A stretch of 32,000 nt of DNA from contig CP188087.1 in assembly GCA_049942775.1 (NCBI GenBank), positions 120,001 to 152,000 of the forward strand, read 5' to 3'. The notes beneath the pieces were generated by a model. That model saw only the letters and a list, made by a program, of their open reading frames with translations, did not search any database and had not been told where the DNA came from. The stretch is from Candidatus Saccharimonadota bacterium. GTDB lineage: Bacteria; Pseudomonadota; Gammaproteobacteria; Enterobacterales; Enterobacteriaceae. The translations under genes were made by a program, and so were the position numbers. Shown here piece after piece: positions 20,425 through 30,625 of the stretch. Positions within the stretch are counted from its first letter, which is position 1. Every line of letters starts with the position of its first letter.

Positions 20425-20456
20425 AGATGGGGGCTATTTACATTCCATCAAGGGGA
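20425..20456 (-). promoter_or_regulatory. sigma-32 (heat-shock) promoter for dnaK-dnaJ
   Basis: The minus strand reads TCCCCTTGAT-GGAATGTAAATAG-CCCCCATCT. This fits the sigma-32 consensus CCCTTGAA-N13-15-CCCCATNT. It closely resembles my recollection of E. coli dnaK P1 (CCCCCTTGATGACGTGGTTTACGACCCCATTTA). The implied transcription start is about 55 nt upstream of the dnaK ATG. Confidence 0.8.
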
Positions 20457-20533
20457 TTTTAAAAAAAACTAGTTTTAAACGAAAAATAATAAAGCTAGAC
20501 TTTAAAATTCTCAATTTATCGAATAATTAATTA

Positions 20534-20542
20534 TGGTATAAT
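20534..20542 (+). promoter_or_regulatory. candidate extended -10 element (TGgTATAAT) upstream of nuoA
   Basis: TGGTATAAT lies 28 nt upstream of the nuoA ATG, in the divergent dnaK/nuoA spacer. No convincing -35 hexamer is present. TATAAT-like strings arise by chance in DNA this AT-rich. Confidence 0.3.
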
Positions 20543-20569
20543 ATTTTTTTATTTAACAATGTTTCTGGA

Positions 20570-20965
20570 ATGAGTATATCTATGTTTTACACTTCTTTTT
20601 TTTTTAGTTCTTCTTTTTTTTGTTTTATATTTTTATCTTTTTTGATTCCAATTTTAATGCTTTTATTTGGTTGGTTGTTAGGAGAAAAATCAAGAGATAA
20701 AAAAAATATTCCATTTGAATCTGGTATAGATGGTATTTCAAATATTAATTTTGGTTATGCTGTTAAATTTTATTTGGTTGCTGTTCTTTTTGTTATTTTT
20801 GACGTTGAAATAATTTATATATATTCTTGGGTAACAACTATAAATGATACTACATGGATTGGATTTATAGAAATGATGTTTTTTATTTTCGAATTGCTAA
20901 TTGGTTTGATATACGTAGTTAAACTTGGAATTTTAGATTGGTCTTATTCTAAAAAAAAATTTTAA
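20570..20965 (+). CDS. nuoA: NADH-quinone oxidoreductase subunit A
   Basis: The 131-aa ORF contains PFESGID...KFYLVA.LFVIFDVE motifs as in E. coli NuoA. Confidence 0.95.
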   Translation: MSISMFYTSFFFSSSFFCFIFLSFLIPILMLLFGWLLGEKSRDKKNIPFESGIDGISNINFGYAVKFYLVAVLFVIFDVEIIYIYSWVTTINDTTWIGFIEMMFFIFELLIGLIYVVKLGILDWSYSKKKF

Positions 20966-21012
20966 AAAATTAACAAATTTTTTATTTGTAATTACAGATT
21001 TTGGGAAATAAA

Positions 21013-21672
21013 ATGAAGTATACATTGATAAATACAAAAAACATAAACAATAATAGAAACAATTTAGAGAAAAATGACAGAATAACAGATATGGGAAATC
21101 AAAAGAATATTGTTTTTGGAAAATTATCAACTTGGTTACGTACACTAGTCAATTGGGGAAGAAAAAATTCTTTATGGCCATATAATTTTGGTTTGTCTTG
21201 TTGCTATGTTGAAATGGTAACTGCTTTTACTTCTGTTCATGATGTTAGTCGCTTTGGATCTGAAGTATTAAGAGCATCTCCTAGACAATCAGATTTTATG
21301 GTAATATCAGGAACTCCTTTCATAAAAATGGTTCCAATAATCAAAAGAATATATGATCAGATGTTAGAACCTAAGTGGGTAATTTCAATGGGTTCTTGTG
21401 CTAATTCTGGAGGAATGTATGATATTTATTCTGTGGTTCAAGGAATAGATAAAATACTTCCAGTAGATGTATATGTTCCTGGATGTCCACCTCGTCCTGA
21501 ATCTTATATACAAGCTTTAAAACTATTACAAGAAACTATTTCACAAGAAAAAAGACCTTTATCTTGGATTTTAGGAGATCAAAATGTTTATAAAAAAAAA
21601 TCGGATAATAAAATTTTTTCTAAAGATAAAGAAATACCAATAATAAATTATACAAAAAATTCAAAAACATAA
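21013..21672 (+). CDS. nuoB: NADH-quinone oxidoreductase subunit B
   Basis: The ORF track starts at a TTG at 21001. The ATG at 21013 gives MKYTLINTK (E. coli starts MDYTLTRID) and 219 aa, against 220 aa in E. coli. The protein contains [22 protein letters not shown] and GCPPRPE. Confidence 0.95.
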   Translation: MKYTLINTKNINNNRNNLEKNDRITDMGNQKNIVFGKLSTWLRTLVNWGRKNSLWPYNFGLSCCYVEMVTAFTSVHDVSRFGSEVLRASPRQSDFMVISGTPFIKMVPIIKRIYDQMLEPKWVISMGSCANSGGMYDIYSVVQGIDKILPVDVYVPGCPPRPESYIQALKLLQETISQEKRPLSWILGDQNVYKKKSDNKIFSKDKEIPIINYTKNSKT

Positions 21673-21763
21673 TTTATTTACATCGAACAAATTCAGATAA
21701 AAGTTAAAGAAATGATAATTGTAAATTACTGGAAAAAAGATCGAACAAAATCATTTATCTAAA

Positions 21764-23581
21764 ATGAATATTATTCAAGAATATTTTATGAAAAAACAAA
21801 AACAAGAAAAAAAGAATACTCAAAGCAAAGATGATGCTGAGTATGGAATAGTAAAGGAAATTAACTCTTATTTTAAAGGAAATAAGTTTTTTTTTCAATT
21901 TTCCAAAACTGAATTTCCTATTATTTGGATTCCACAAGGAATGTTATTAGAAGTAGTTAATTTTGTAAAAGCCATTCCTTCTAATCCTTATAATATGCTG
22001 TTTGATTTACATGCGATTGACGAACGAGTGCGAGTTTTTAAGGATATGTTACCTGCATCTGATTTTACAGTATTTTATCATTTTATTTCAATTGAAAGAA
22101 ATAATGATTTAATGTTGAAAGTGCCTTTGTTTGAAAATAATTTAAATATTCCTACTTTGACGAACATATATTTAAATTCAAATTGGTATGAAAGAGAAGT
22201 TTGGGATATGTTTGGAATTACTTTTTTAGGACATCCAAATTTAACTAGAATAATTATGCCACATACTTGGAAAGGTCATCCTTTGAGAAAGGATTATTCA
22301 GCTAGAGCAACAGAATCAGACCCTTTTTTTTTAACTAAAGAAAAAGAAGAAAGTGAAATTGAATCTTTAAAATTTAAACCAGAAATATGGGGTATGAAGA
22401 GAAAACATAAAAATAATGATTTTATGTTTTTAAATTTAGGTCCTAATCATCCATCTGTACATGGTGTTTTGAGAATTGTATTACAATTAGATGGAGAAGA
22501 AATTGTTGATTGTGTTCCAGATATTGGTTACCACCATCGTGGGGCTGAAAAAATGGCGGAACGACAAACGTGGCACACTTACATTCCTTATACTGACAGA
22601 ATTGAATATTTAGGTGGTTGTGTAAATGAGATGCCTTATATTTTAGCAATTGAAAAATTTGCAAATATAAAAGTTCCAGAAAGAGCAAAAGTGATTAGAA
22701 TAATGTTGTCGGAGCTATTTCGAATTAATAGTCATTTATTGTGTATTGCTACCTTTATTCAAGATGTAGGATTAATGACGCCGGTTTTTTTAGCATTTAC
22801 AGATAGACAAAAAATTTATGATGTAATTGAATCGATAACTGGAGCAAGAATGCATCCTGCTTGGTTTAGGATTGGTGGAGTAGCTGACGATTTACCAAAG
22901 GGATGGGATGATCTTTTGAAAAGATTTTTATCTTGGATTCCTAAACGTATTGATTTTTATGTAAATTCTGCATTAAAAAATACAATTTTAATTTCTCGTT
23001 CGAAAGGAGTTGCTTCTTATTCTAAAACAGAAGCTTTGTCATGGGGAATTACTGGTGCTGGACTTCGTGCTACTGGAGTAGACTTTGATATTAGAAAATC
23101 TAGACCATATTCTGGTTATGAAAATTTTTTGTTTGATATACCAGTAGGAAATGGTACAAGTGATTGTTACTCTAGAATAATGTTAAAAGTGGAAGAAATT
23201 TATCAAAGCTTAAACATTTTAAAACAATGCTTGCAAAATATGCCTGAAGGTTCATATAAAGCAGATCATCCTTTAACAACTCCTCCTGTTAAAGAATTTT
23301 CACTTCATAATATTGAAACCATGATAACTCATTTTTTGCAAGTTTCTTGGGGTCCTATTTTTGATCCAGATGAAAGTTTTCAAATGATTGAAGCTACTAA
23401 AGGAATTAATAGTTATTATTTAATTAGTGATGGAAACACTTGTAGTTATCGAACTAGAATACGAACTCCTAGTTTTGCTCACTTACAGCAAATTCCTTCT
23501 GTTATTCGAGGTAGTTTAATTTCTGATTTAGTTGCTTATTTAGGAAGTATTGATTTCGTAATGTCTGACGTTGACCGATAA
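21764..23581 (+). CDS. nuoC: NADH-quinone oxidoreductase fused subunit C/D
   Basis: The 605-aa ORF is a fused NuoCD, as in enterobacteria. It contains [38 protein letters not shown], and a C-terminal [13 protein letters not shown] identical to E. coli. Confidence 0.97.
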   Translation: MNIIQEYFMKKQKQEKKNTQSKDDAEYGIVKEINSYFKGNKFFFQFSKTEFPIIWIPQGMLLEVVNFVKAIPSNPYNMLFDLHAIDERVRVFKDMLPASDFTVFYHFISIERNNDLMLKVPLFENNLNIPTLTNIYLNSNWYEREVWDMFGITFLGHPNLTRIIMPHTWKGHPLRKDYSARATESDPFFLTKEKEESEIESLKFKPEIWGMKRKHKNNDFMFLNLGPNHPSVHGVLRIVLQLDGEEIVDCVPDIGYHHRGAEKMAERQTWHTYIPYTDRIEYLGGCVNEMPYILAIEKFANIKVPERAKVIRIMLSELFRINSHLLCIATFIQDVGLMTPVFLAFTDRQKIYDVIESITGARMHPAWFRIGGVADDLPKGWDDLLKRFLSWIPKRIDFYVNSALKNTILISRSKGVASYSKTEALSWGITGAGLRATGVDFDIRKSRPYSGYENFLFDIPVGNGTSDCYSRIMLKVEEIYQSLNILKQCLQNMPEGSYKADHPLTTPPVKEFSLHNIETMITHFLQVSWGPIFDPDESFQMIEATKGINSYYLISDGNTCSYRTRIRTPSFAHLQQIPSVIRGSLISDLVAYLGSIDFVMSDVDR

Positions 23582-23595
23582 GTTGAAATATTATT

Positions 23596-24090
23596 ATGAA
23601 AACTAAAATAATACCTACAAATTTTAATTTAAGTGAAATTGAAAGAAAAGAAATTCAAGAAAAGAAGAAATGTTATCTTAATTCTAGAGCAGTTTCTATA
23701 GAAGCTTTAAAAATTGTTCAGAAAAAACGAGGCTGGGTTTCTTTGGATTCTATTTATGAAATTGCTAAATTGTTAAATTTACCACCTATAGAGATAGAAG
23801 AAGTAGCTACTTTTTATAGTCATATATATAGAAGACCAGTTGGAAGAAATGTTATTCGATATTGTGACAGTATGGTTTGTTATGTTACTGGATATATTGA
23901 AATAGAAAATGAACTAAAAAGGATATTAAAAATTAAAAAAGGGGAAACAACCAAAGATAATAGATTTACTTTATTACCTACGTGTTGTTTAGGATGTTGT
24001 GATAAATCTCCTGCAATGATGATAAATGACAAAACTTATACTAAGTTAACCATAGGACTACTACCAATTTTATTAGAGAAACATCAATGA
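23596..24090 (+). CDS. nuoE: NADH-quinone oxidoreductase subunit E
   Basis: The 164-aa ORF retains the 2Fe-2S ligand pattern (C..MVC...CCLGCCD). It overlaps nuoF by 4 nt (ATGA). Confidence 0.95.
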   Translation: MKTKIIPTNFNLSEIERKEIQEKKKCYLNSRAVSIEALKIVQKKRGWVSLDSIYEIAKLLNLPPIEIEEVATFYSHIYRRPVGRNVIRYCDSMVCYVTGYIEIENELKRILKIKKGETTKDNRFTLLPTCCLGCCDKSPAMMINDKTYTKLTIGLLPILLEKHQ

Positions 24091-25367
24091 AAGATGTAAT
24101 AGAAAAAGAAACACATCCTCTTACTTGGTGGATAAATAATAATAAAAACAATACAGTTTGGATAAAAGAATATATAAGTACCATTGGATATTTTTCTTTT
24201 AAAAAAGTTTTGAAAAATTATTCTCCAAAAAAAGTCATTGAATTAATTATGTTATCTGGATTGAAAGGAAGAGGTGGTGCTGGTTTTCCAACAGGAATTA
24301 AATGGAGATTAGTTTCTAATCAAAAACAAATATTTCCTCATTATTTACTATGTAATGCTGATGAAATGGAACCTGGGACTTATAAAGATCGATTTTTAAT
24401 GGAAAAAATTCCTCACCAATTAATTGAAGGAATTTTAATTTCTGCGTTTGCTATTAGGTCTTCTTGTGGTTATATTTTTTTGAGAGGAGAATATACAGAT
24501 GCTGAACGTATACTAAAAAGAGCAATAGAAGAAGCAAAGGATTTTGGTTTTTTAGGAAAAAATATATTGGGTACTGATTTCAGTTTCGATTTATTTTTAC
24601 ATAGTGGTGCGGGAAGGTATATTTGTGGTGAAGAAACTGCATTAATTAATTCTTTAGAAGGTAGAAGAGCAAATCCAAGATCAAAACCTCCATTTCCTGC
24701 TGTTAGTGGACTTTGGGGGAAACCTACTTGTGTTAATAATGTTGAAACGTTATCAAATATTCCATCAATTTTATTACATGGAATAGATTGGTATAAAAGT
24801 TTATCTAATAGTGAAGATTCTGGTACAAAGATTGTAGGTTTTTCAGGAAAAGTAAAAAAACCTGGAATTTGGGAAGTTCCGTTAGGAATTACAGCTAGAG
24901 AGATATTAGAAGAATATGCCGGTGGAATGCAATATGGATACGTTTTAAAAACTTGGTTACCAGGTGGAGCAAGTACTAGTTTTTTAGTTAAAAAACATTT
25001 AGATATAAAAATGGATTTTTCTAGTTTTATGAAAATTGGTAATAGATTAGGTACAGGAATGGCAATGGTAGTACACGAAGAAATTAGCATGGTATCTTTA
25101 TTAAAAAATCTGGAAATATTTTTTTCTAGAGAATCATGTGGTTGGTGCACTCCTTGTCGAGATGGATTACCTTGGATTGTAAAAATTTTAAATTCTTTAG
25201 AGAAAAAAACCGGAAAATTGAAAGATATTCTTCTTTTGGAAGAACTATGTACATATTTAGGGCCTGGAAAAACATTTTGTGCACATGCTCCAGGAGCAAT
25301 GTTACCATTAAAAAGTGCATTATTTTATTTTCGTCATGAATTTGAAGCAGGTATTAAAATTAAATAA
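24087..25367 (+). CDS. nuoF: NADH-quinone oxidoreductase subunit F (FMN/NADH-binding)
   Basis: The 426-aa ORF carries the [13 protein letters not shown] nucleotide/FMN-binding motif and the [12 protein letters not shown] 4Fe-4S motif. Confidence 0.97.
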   Translation: MKDVIEKETHPLTWWINNNKNNTVWIKEYISTIGYFSFKKVLKNYSPKKVIELIMLSGLKGRGGAGFPTGIKWRLVSNQKQIFPHYLLCNADEMEPGTYKDRFLMEKIPHQLIEGILISAFAIRSSCGYIFLRGEYTDAERILKRAIEEAKDFGFLGKNILGTDFSFDLFLHSGAGRYICGEETALINSLEGRRANPRSKPPFPAVSGLWGKPTCVNNVETLSNIPSILLHGIDWYKSLSNSEDSGTKIVGFSGKVKKPGIWEVPLGITAREILEEYAGGMQYGYVLKTWLPGGASTSFLVKKHLDIKMDFSSFMKIGNRLGTGMAMVVHEEISMVSLLKNLEIFFSRESCGWCTPCRDGLPWIVKILNSLEKKTGKLKDILLLEELCTYLGPGKTFCAHAPGAMLPLKSALFYFRHEFEAGIKIK

Positions 25368-25484
25368 TTAATTTTTTTATTTTTGTTTACAATTAAAATT
25401 GTATTAAAGTTATTTTTTCGTTGTAAAAATTAATCTTTAAAACACAAATATAAACTTTCATCTAACATTTTGGATTTTTTTTTG

Positions 25485-28268
25485 ATGACTACAATTGTTG
25501 TGAATAATAATCAGTATGATGTAAATACAGAAAATAATTTATTGTCTTCTTGTTTGTCTGCAGGAATTAATATTCCATATTTTTGTTGGCATCCAGAATT
25601 AGGAAGCATAGGTTCTTGTAGACAATGTGCTGTTAAAGTACATTTAAATAAGAATGATAAAATTGGACAAATAGTCATGTCTTGCATGACTACAATAACA
25701 GATAATATGGTTGTGTTTACCGAAACTAGTGATGTTTTAAATTTTAGAAAAGCAATAATTGAATTATTAATGATAAATCATCCTCATGATTGTCCAGTGT
25801 GTGAGGAAGGTGGAAATTGTCATCTTCAAGACATGACGGTTATGAACAGACATTATTCTCGTAGATACGTATATAAAAAAAAAACACATAAAAATCAATT
25901 TATTGGTCCATTCATATCACATAATATGAATAGATGTATAAGTTGTTATCGTTGTGTAAGATATTATAAGGATTATGCTGGAGGAGAAGACTTTGGTGTA
26001 TTTGGTTCAAAAGATAATATTTATTTCGGTAGATTAAAAAATGGAGTTTTAAAAAACGAGCATTCAGGAAATTTAATTGAAATATGTCCTACTGGAGTTT
26101 TTACAGACAAAACTAGTTCTGAAAATTATAGTAGAAAGTGGGATATGCAGTATGCACCTAGTATTTGTTCTCATTGTAGTGTTGGTTGTAATATTATAGC
26201 TGGAGAAAGATATGGAAAATTGATTAAAATAGAGAATCGATATCATGGAGATATCAACCATTATTTTATTTGTGATAGAGGTAGATTTGGTTATGGATAT
26301 GCTAATAGGAGAGATAATCCTAAGGTAGTAACAACTAAAAATATAAATTTTAAAAATGATTTTGGTAGACTAAAAATCAATGTTGAATTAGCATTTAATA
26401 AATGTAAAACAATGTTAAAAAATTCTTATAAAATTATTGGAGTAGGTTCATCAAGAGCAAGTATAGAAAGTAATTATGCTTTATTTAATTTTGTAGGAAG
26501 AGAGAATTTTTTTGTAGACAGTACTGAAATTGAGAATTCTTGCATTCAATTAATTATTAAAATTTTAACAGAAAGTGGAATATACACTCCAACATTGCGT
26601 GAGATAGAAAGTTATGATTGTATTTTTATATTAGGAGAAGACGTCACAAATACATCTCCTCGTATTGCGTTGTCAATTCGTCGAGCAGTTAGCAATTATT
26701 CATCGAATATTTGTAGTAATAATAGCAGTAGTAATAAAGACAGCATTCCTACTTGGCATAGTATGGCTAAATCTTATAAAAACAACAAACTAAATTCTTT
26801 ATTCATAACTAGTACAAATGTTACAGCTCTCGATAAAATTTCAAGATGGAATTTTGTTTCTTCTGTTGAAGATCAAATAAATTTGTTAAATTGTATAGAA
26901 AACAAACTTAATTCAAATGTATTAGAATCAGAAATATTTAATGTTTCTTTAAAATCAAAAATCGAATTAATTGTAGACACTTTTTTAAAATCAAAAAAAG
27001 TACTAATTGTTTCAGGATCCCATTCAGGAGATCTTAGACTTATTAAGTCTGCATTTAATCTGTCTAAATCTTTAATTAAAAAAGGAATTGAAACAGGAAT
27101 AACATTATTAACTTCTAATGTTAATAGTATTGGATTAGGAATGATTGGAAATAAATCAATTGAAACAGGAATTAAAAAATTTTTGAGTCAAAAAAAAAAA
27201 ATAGCATTAATAGTTTTAGAAAATGATTTATATCGTTTAATGTCAAAAGATAAAATTGATTATATGCTTTCAAAGTTTGACTCTATTGTTATTGATCATC
27301 AAAATACAAATACATACAAAAATGGAAGTATAAGTTTTCCATGTTCTAATTTTTTTGAAAGTACAGGAACTGTAATAAATCATGAAATTAGAGCACAAAG
27401 ATTTTTTCAAGTATATGATCCTAAATTTTATTCAAAAAATAATGTAGTTCTAGAGAGTTGGAAATGGCTTCATATTTTAGATTCTAAAATTAAAAGAAAA
27501 TCATTTTCATGGAATAGTATAGAAGATGTTATTAATTCTTTAATAAAATCGTTTCCGTTTTTAAAAAAAATAAAAAAAGCTTCTTATAATTCTAATTTTA
27601 GAATTAAAGGTCAAAAAATTGCTCGTTCTCCGCACCGTTATAGTGGAAGAACAGCTCAGTTTTCTCATAAAAATGTTCATGAAAACAGTCAGCCTATCGA
27701 TATTAATTCAATGTTTTCTTTTTCTATGGAAGGAAATAATCAACTGTCGTATTCTTCTTCTCAAATACCTTTTTCTTGGTTTCCTGGTTGGAATTCATCA
27801 CAATCTTGGAATAAGTTTCAAGATGAAATTGGAGGAAATTTAAAAAATGGAAATCCTGGGATTAGAATTTTTAATGATCTTAAGAATTGCGATATTAAAA
27901 ATATAAATTTTATTCCAAATTTAAAAGAAACTATTATCGATAAAAATAATTTCTTAGTAGTTCCTTATTACACATTATTTAATAATGAAGAATTATCTAA
28001 TCGTTCTGAATTAATAAGAAAAAACTTTAGTAAGGAAAATTTTGCAAGAATATCCATTGCTGACTCTAAAAAACTTGATTTATTTGAAGGTGATATGATT
28101 CAATTTTATTATTTAGATACAAAATTTATATTACATATAAAAATTTCTAAATTTTTAAAATCTGGTCAAATAGGATTATCTGTAGGTAATTCTAGTATTC
28201 CGTTATTTTTATTAGGTAAAAAAGTAACAAATCTTCGAAAAAGGATAAAAAATGAAGATTATTCATAG
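25485..28268 (+). CDS. nuoG: NADH-quinone oxidoreductase subunit G
   Basis: The ORF track starts at a TTG at 25470. The ATG at 25485 gives [13 protein letters not shown] (E. coli starts M(LM)ATIHVDGKEYEV). The protein contains [31 protein letters not shown] and CPTGVFTDK clusters. Confidence 0.96.
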   Translation: MTTIVVNNNQYDVNTENNLLSSCLSAGINIPYFCWHPELGSIGSCRQCAVKVHLNKNDKIGQIVMSCMTTITDNMVVFTETSDVLNFRKAIIELLMINHPHDCPVCEEGGNCHLQDMTVMNRHYSRRYVYKKKTHKNQFIGPFISHNMNRCISCYRCVRYYKDYAGGEDFGVFGSKDNIYFGRLKNGVLKNEHSGNLIEICPTGVFTDKTSSENYSRKWDMQYAPSICSHCSVGCNIIAGERYGKLIKIENRYHGDINHYFICDRGRFGYGYANRRDNPKVVTTKNINFKNDFGRLKINVELAFNKCKTMLKNSYKIIGVGSSRASIESNYALFNFVGRENFFVDSTEIENSCIQLIIKILTESGIYTPTLREIESYDCIFILGEDVTNTSPRIALSIRRAVSNYSSNICSNNSSSNKDSIPTWHSMAKSYKNNKLNSLFITSTNVTALDKISRWNFVSSVEDQINLLNCIENKLNSNVLESEIFNVSLKSKIELIVDTFLKSKKVLIVSGSHSGDLRLIKSAFNLSKSLIKKGIETGITLLTSNVNSIGLGMIGNKSIETGIKKFLSQKKKIALIVLENDLYRLMSKDKIDYMLSKFDSIVIDHQNTNTYKNGSISFPCSNFFESTGTVINHEIRAQRFFQVYDPKFYSKNNVVLESWKWLHILDSKIKRKSFSWNSIEDVINSLIKSFPFLKKIKKASYNSNFRIKGQKIARSPHRYSGRTAQFSHKNVHENSQPIDINSMFSFSMEGNNQLSYSSSQIPFSWFPGWNSSQSWNKFQDEIGGNLKNGNPGIRIFNDLKNCDIKNINFIPNLKETIIDKNNFLVVPYYTLFNNEELSNRSELIRKNFSKENFARISIADSKKLDLFEGDMIQFYYLDTKFILHIKISKFLKSGQIGLSVGNSSIPLFLLGKKVTNLRKRIKNEDYS

Positions 28269-29217
28269 TACAACAGGTGTTTTTTCTCCAACAATTACTA
28301 TTTTATTTTTTTTTTCAGTTATCTTTTTTTCAGCTTTTTTAAGTTTTTTTGAAAGAAGATTATTAGCGTTGTTTCAAAATCGATATGGACCAAATAGAGT
28401 TGGAAAATATGGTTTATTACAAGTTGTAGCTGATATGATAAAAATATTTTTTAAAGAAGACTGGATTCCTATATTTTCCAATTCTTTATTTTTTGTTATT
28501 GCTCCAGTTATTTCTTTTGTTTGTTTCTTAATTGTTATGAGTATAATTCCAATCAATTCAAATTGGATGGTTGTTCATTTAAATATTGGAATTTTATTTT
28601 TCTTTATGATGGCTTCGTTATCTGTATATGGAATATTATTTGCTGGTTGGTCTAGTAATAACAAATATGCATTACTTGGTTCTTTACGAGCGGTAGCTCA
28701 AACATTGAGTTTTGAAATTTTTTTAGGTTTGTCAGTAATGGGGGCTGTAGTTAGAGCAGGTTCTTTTGACTTGGTGGACATTATTGAAAGTCAAAGAGAT
28801 ATATGGAATTTTTTTCCACAATTTATTGGTTTTTTATCCTTTTTTGTATCTAGTTTAGCGTTGTGCCATAGACATCCTTTCGATCAACCTGAATCTGAAC
28901 AGGAATTGTCAAGTGGATATAATATCGAATATTCAGGAATAAAGTTTGGTTTATTTTTTATTGGAGAATATATTTCTATAATTACTATGTCATCTTTAAT
29001 GACTACAATTTTTTTCGGAGGGTATTTAGGACCTTTTATTTCTTCTTTTTTTTGTTTTTTTATAAAGACCATGTTATTGATATGTTTGTTTATTTTGGTT
29101 AGAGCATCATTGCCAAGACCTAGATATGATCAAGTTATGAACTTTGGATGGAAGTTTTGTTTTCCTTTAACGTTGTTAAATTTATTTTTTACGGTTTTTT
29201 TAACAATTTTAGTATAA
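28252..29217 (+). CDS. nuoH: NADH-quinone oxidoreductase subunit H
   Basis: The 321-aa ORF contains [24 protein letters not shown] and [13 protein letters not shown] motifs. It overlaps the nuoG 3' end by 17 nt, and an AAAGGA Shine-Dalgarno sequence lies inside nuoG. Confidence 0.96.
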   Translation: MKIIHSTTGVFSPTITILFFFSVIFFSAFLSFFERRLLALFQNRYGPNRVGKYGLLQVVADMIKIFFKEDWIPIFSNSLFFVIAPVISFVCFLIVMSIIPINSNWMVVHLNIGILFFFMMASLSVYGILFAGWSSNNKYALLGSLRAVAQTLSFEIFLGLSVMGAVVRAGSFDLVDIIESQRDIWNFFPQFIGFLSFFVSSLALCHRHPFDQPESEQELSSGYNIEYSGIKFGLFFIGEYISIITMSSLMTTIFFGGYLGPFISSFFCFFIKTMLLICLFILVRASLPRPRYDQVMNFGWKFCFPLTLLNLFFTVFLTILV

Positions 29218-29232
29218 TACGTGGATAATTTT

Positions 29233-29775
29233 ATGATACTTAAAAAAATGATATTAATTTTTTTTAGTCAATTAAAAAGTATGTATATGGTTTTTAAGAA
29301 TATTTTTTCTAAAAGAGAAACTATATTGTATCCTGAAACAACTATTAAATTGTCAAGTCGAAATAGAGGAAGAATAGTATTGACTAGAAATGATGATGGT
29401 AGTGAAAGATGTGTAGCTTGTAATTTATGTTCGGTCGTTTGTCCGGTTGATTGTATTACGTTACAAAAATCAGAAAACAAGTCGGGTAGATCTTATCCAA
29501 AATTTTTTAGAATAAATCTTTCTCGTTGCATTTTTTGTGGTCTATGTGAAGAATCTTGTCCAACATTAGCAATTCAACTAACCAAAGATTTTGAATTATC
29601 TGAGTTTAAAAGAGAGCATTTAGTTTTCGAAAAAGAAGATTTATTAATTTCTGGAATTGGAAAAAAAAATAATTATAATTTTCATAAAATTACAGGTGTT
29701 GCTACAGAAGATAAATCTATCGGAAATTCGAAATCTGAATTCAAACCAATTAGTGTTAAAAATTTATTACCATAA
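29233..29775 (+). CDS. nuoI: NADH-quinone oxidoreductase subunit I
   Basis: The ORF track starts at a GTG at 29221. The ATG at 29233 gives 180 aa, the same length as E. coli NuoI. Two ferredoxin-type motifs are present ([12 protein letters not shown] and [12 protein letters not shown]), and the C-terminal KPI.VK.LLP is conserved. Confidence 0.93.
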   Translation: MILKKMILIFFSQLKSMYMVFKNIFSKRETILYPETTIKLSSRNRGRIVLTRNDDGSERCVACNLCSVVCPVDCITLQKSENKSGRSYPKFFRINLSRCIFCGLCEESCPTLAIQLTKDFELSEFKREHLVFEKEDLLISGIGKKNNYNFHKITGVATEDKSIGNSKSEFKPISVKNLLP

Positions 29776-29787
29776 GGAAAATATTGA

Positions 29788-30285
29788 ATGGAATTAACTT
29801 TTTATTTTTTTTCAGCAATTTCAATATTATCTACATTTTGTATAATATTTAGTTTTGATGTTATGTATTCTTTATTATATTTTTTAATATCGATATTATC
29901 TACTTCTGGAGTTTTTTTTTCATTAGGTGCTTTTTTTCCAGGGGTTATAGAAGTAATAATTTATGTTGGTGCCATAATGGTTTTATTTGTTTTTACCCTT
30001 ATGACGTTAAATTTAGAAAAAAGTTCTAAACTAAACAACAGGAATTTTTCATTTTTAATCAATTGGAAAATTTTTTCGTTAATTTTTTTAATGTTGTTTT
30101 TTGGTGTTTTATATATTTTATTTTTTTTAAATAATGGTGAAATGAATTTTATGTCTGAATCAGACAACATTCGAAAGTTTGGTAATAAATTATTAAGTTC
30201 GTATGCTATATTATTTGAATTCATTTCTATGATTTTATTATCTGGAATAATAATTACATTTTATATTGGAAAAAAAAATAAATAA
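29788..30285 (+). CDS. nuoJ: NADH-quinone oxidoreductase subunit J
   Basis: This is a 165-aa hydrophobic ORF in the nuoJ operon position. It has the GVIEVIIYVGAIMVLFVF core and an AAGGAAA Shine-Dalgarno sequence upstream. Confidence 0.9.
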   Translation: MELTFYFFSAISILSTFCIIFSFDVMYSLLYFLISILSTSGVFFSLGAFFPGVIEVIIYVGAIMVLFVFTLMTLNLEKSSKLNNRNFSFLINWKIFSLIFLMLFFGVLYILFFLNNGEMNFMSESDNIRKFGNKLLSSYAILFEFISMILLSGIIITFYIGKKNK

Positions 30286-30322
30286 ATTTGGTTAACTACA
30301 TTTTATATCAAGGACATATTAT

Positions 30323-30625
30323 ATGATTCCTATACAACATGGTTTATTGTTGTCGATGTTATTATTTTTTTCAGGATTATTTTTAATATTAACTCGTCGT
30401 AATTTTCTTTTTATATTAATTGGACTAGAAATAATGAACAATGCTTGTTCTTTAATTTTAGTTTTTGCTAGCAATTATGTTCATCAGTTAGATGGACAAA
30501 TATTATATTTGTTAACAATCACATTATCAGCTGTTGAATCTGGAATTGGATTAGCTCTTTTAATTAAGATGCATCGTTATTATAAGACATTAAATATAGA
30601 CGTTTTAAGTGAGATTTGTGAATGA
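30323..30625 (+). CDS. nuoK: NADH-quinone oxidoreductase subunit K
   Basis: The 100-aa ORF is the same length as E. coli NuoK. It contains the IGLEIM.NA and AVESGIGLALL motifs and has an AAGGA Shine-Dalgarno sequence upstream. Confidence 0.94.
   Translation: MIPIQHGLLLSMLLFFSGLFLILTRRNFLFILIGLEIMNNACSLILVFASNYVHQLDGQILYLLTITLSAVESGIGLALLIKMHRYYKTLNIDVLSEICE

Noticed and set aside
24470-25150. A 226-aa minus-strand ORF lies inside nuoF, which is unusually long for an AT-rich genome where stop codons are frequent.
   Set aside because: It lies entirely antisense to the best-conserved and relatively G+C-richer part of nuoF, in the antisense phase where stops need specific sense-codon pairs. It has no Shine-Dalgarno sequence, no recognisable domain and no independent promoter signal. 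It is most simply a by-product of nuoF codon usage. Only ribosome profiling could overturn this.
25395-25415. The near-palindrome TACAATTAAAATTGTA lies in the 117-bp nuoF-nuoG spacer and could be an internal attenuator.
   Set aside because: The stem is AT-dominated with only one G:C pair, has a tiny loop and has no following U-tract. It is not distinguishable from background.
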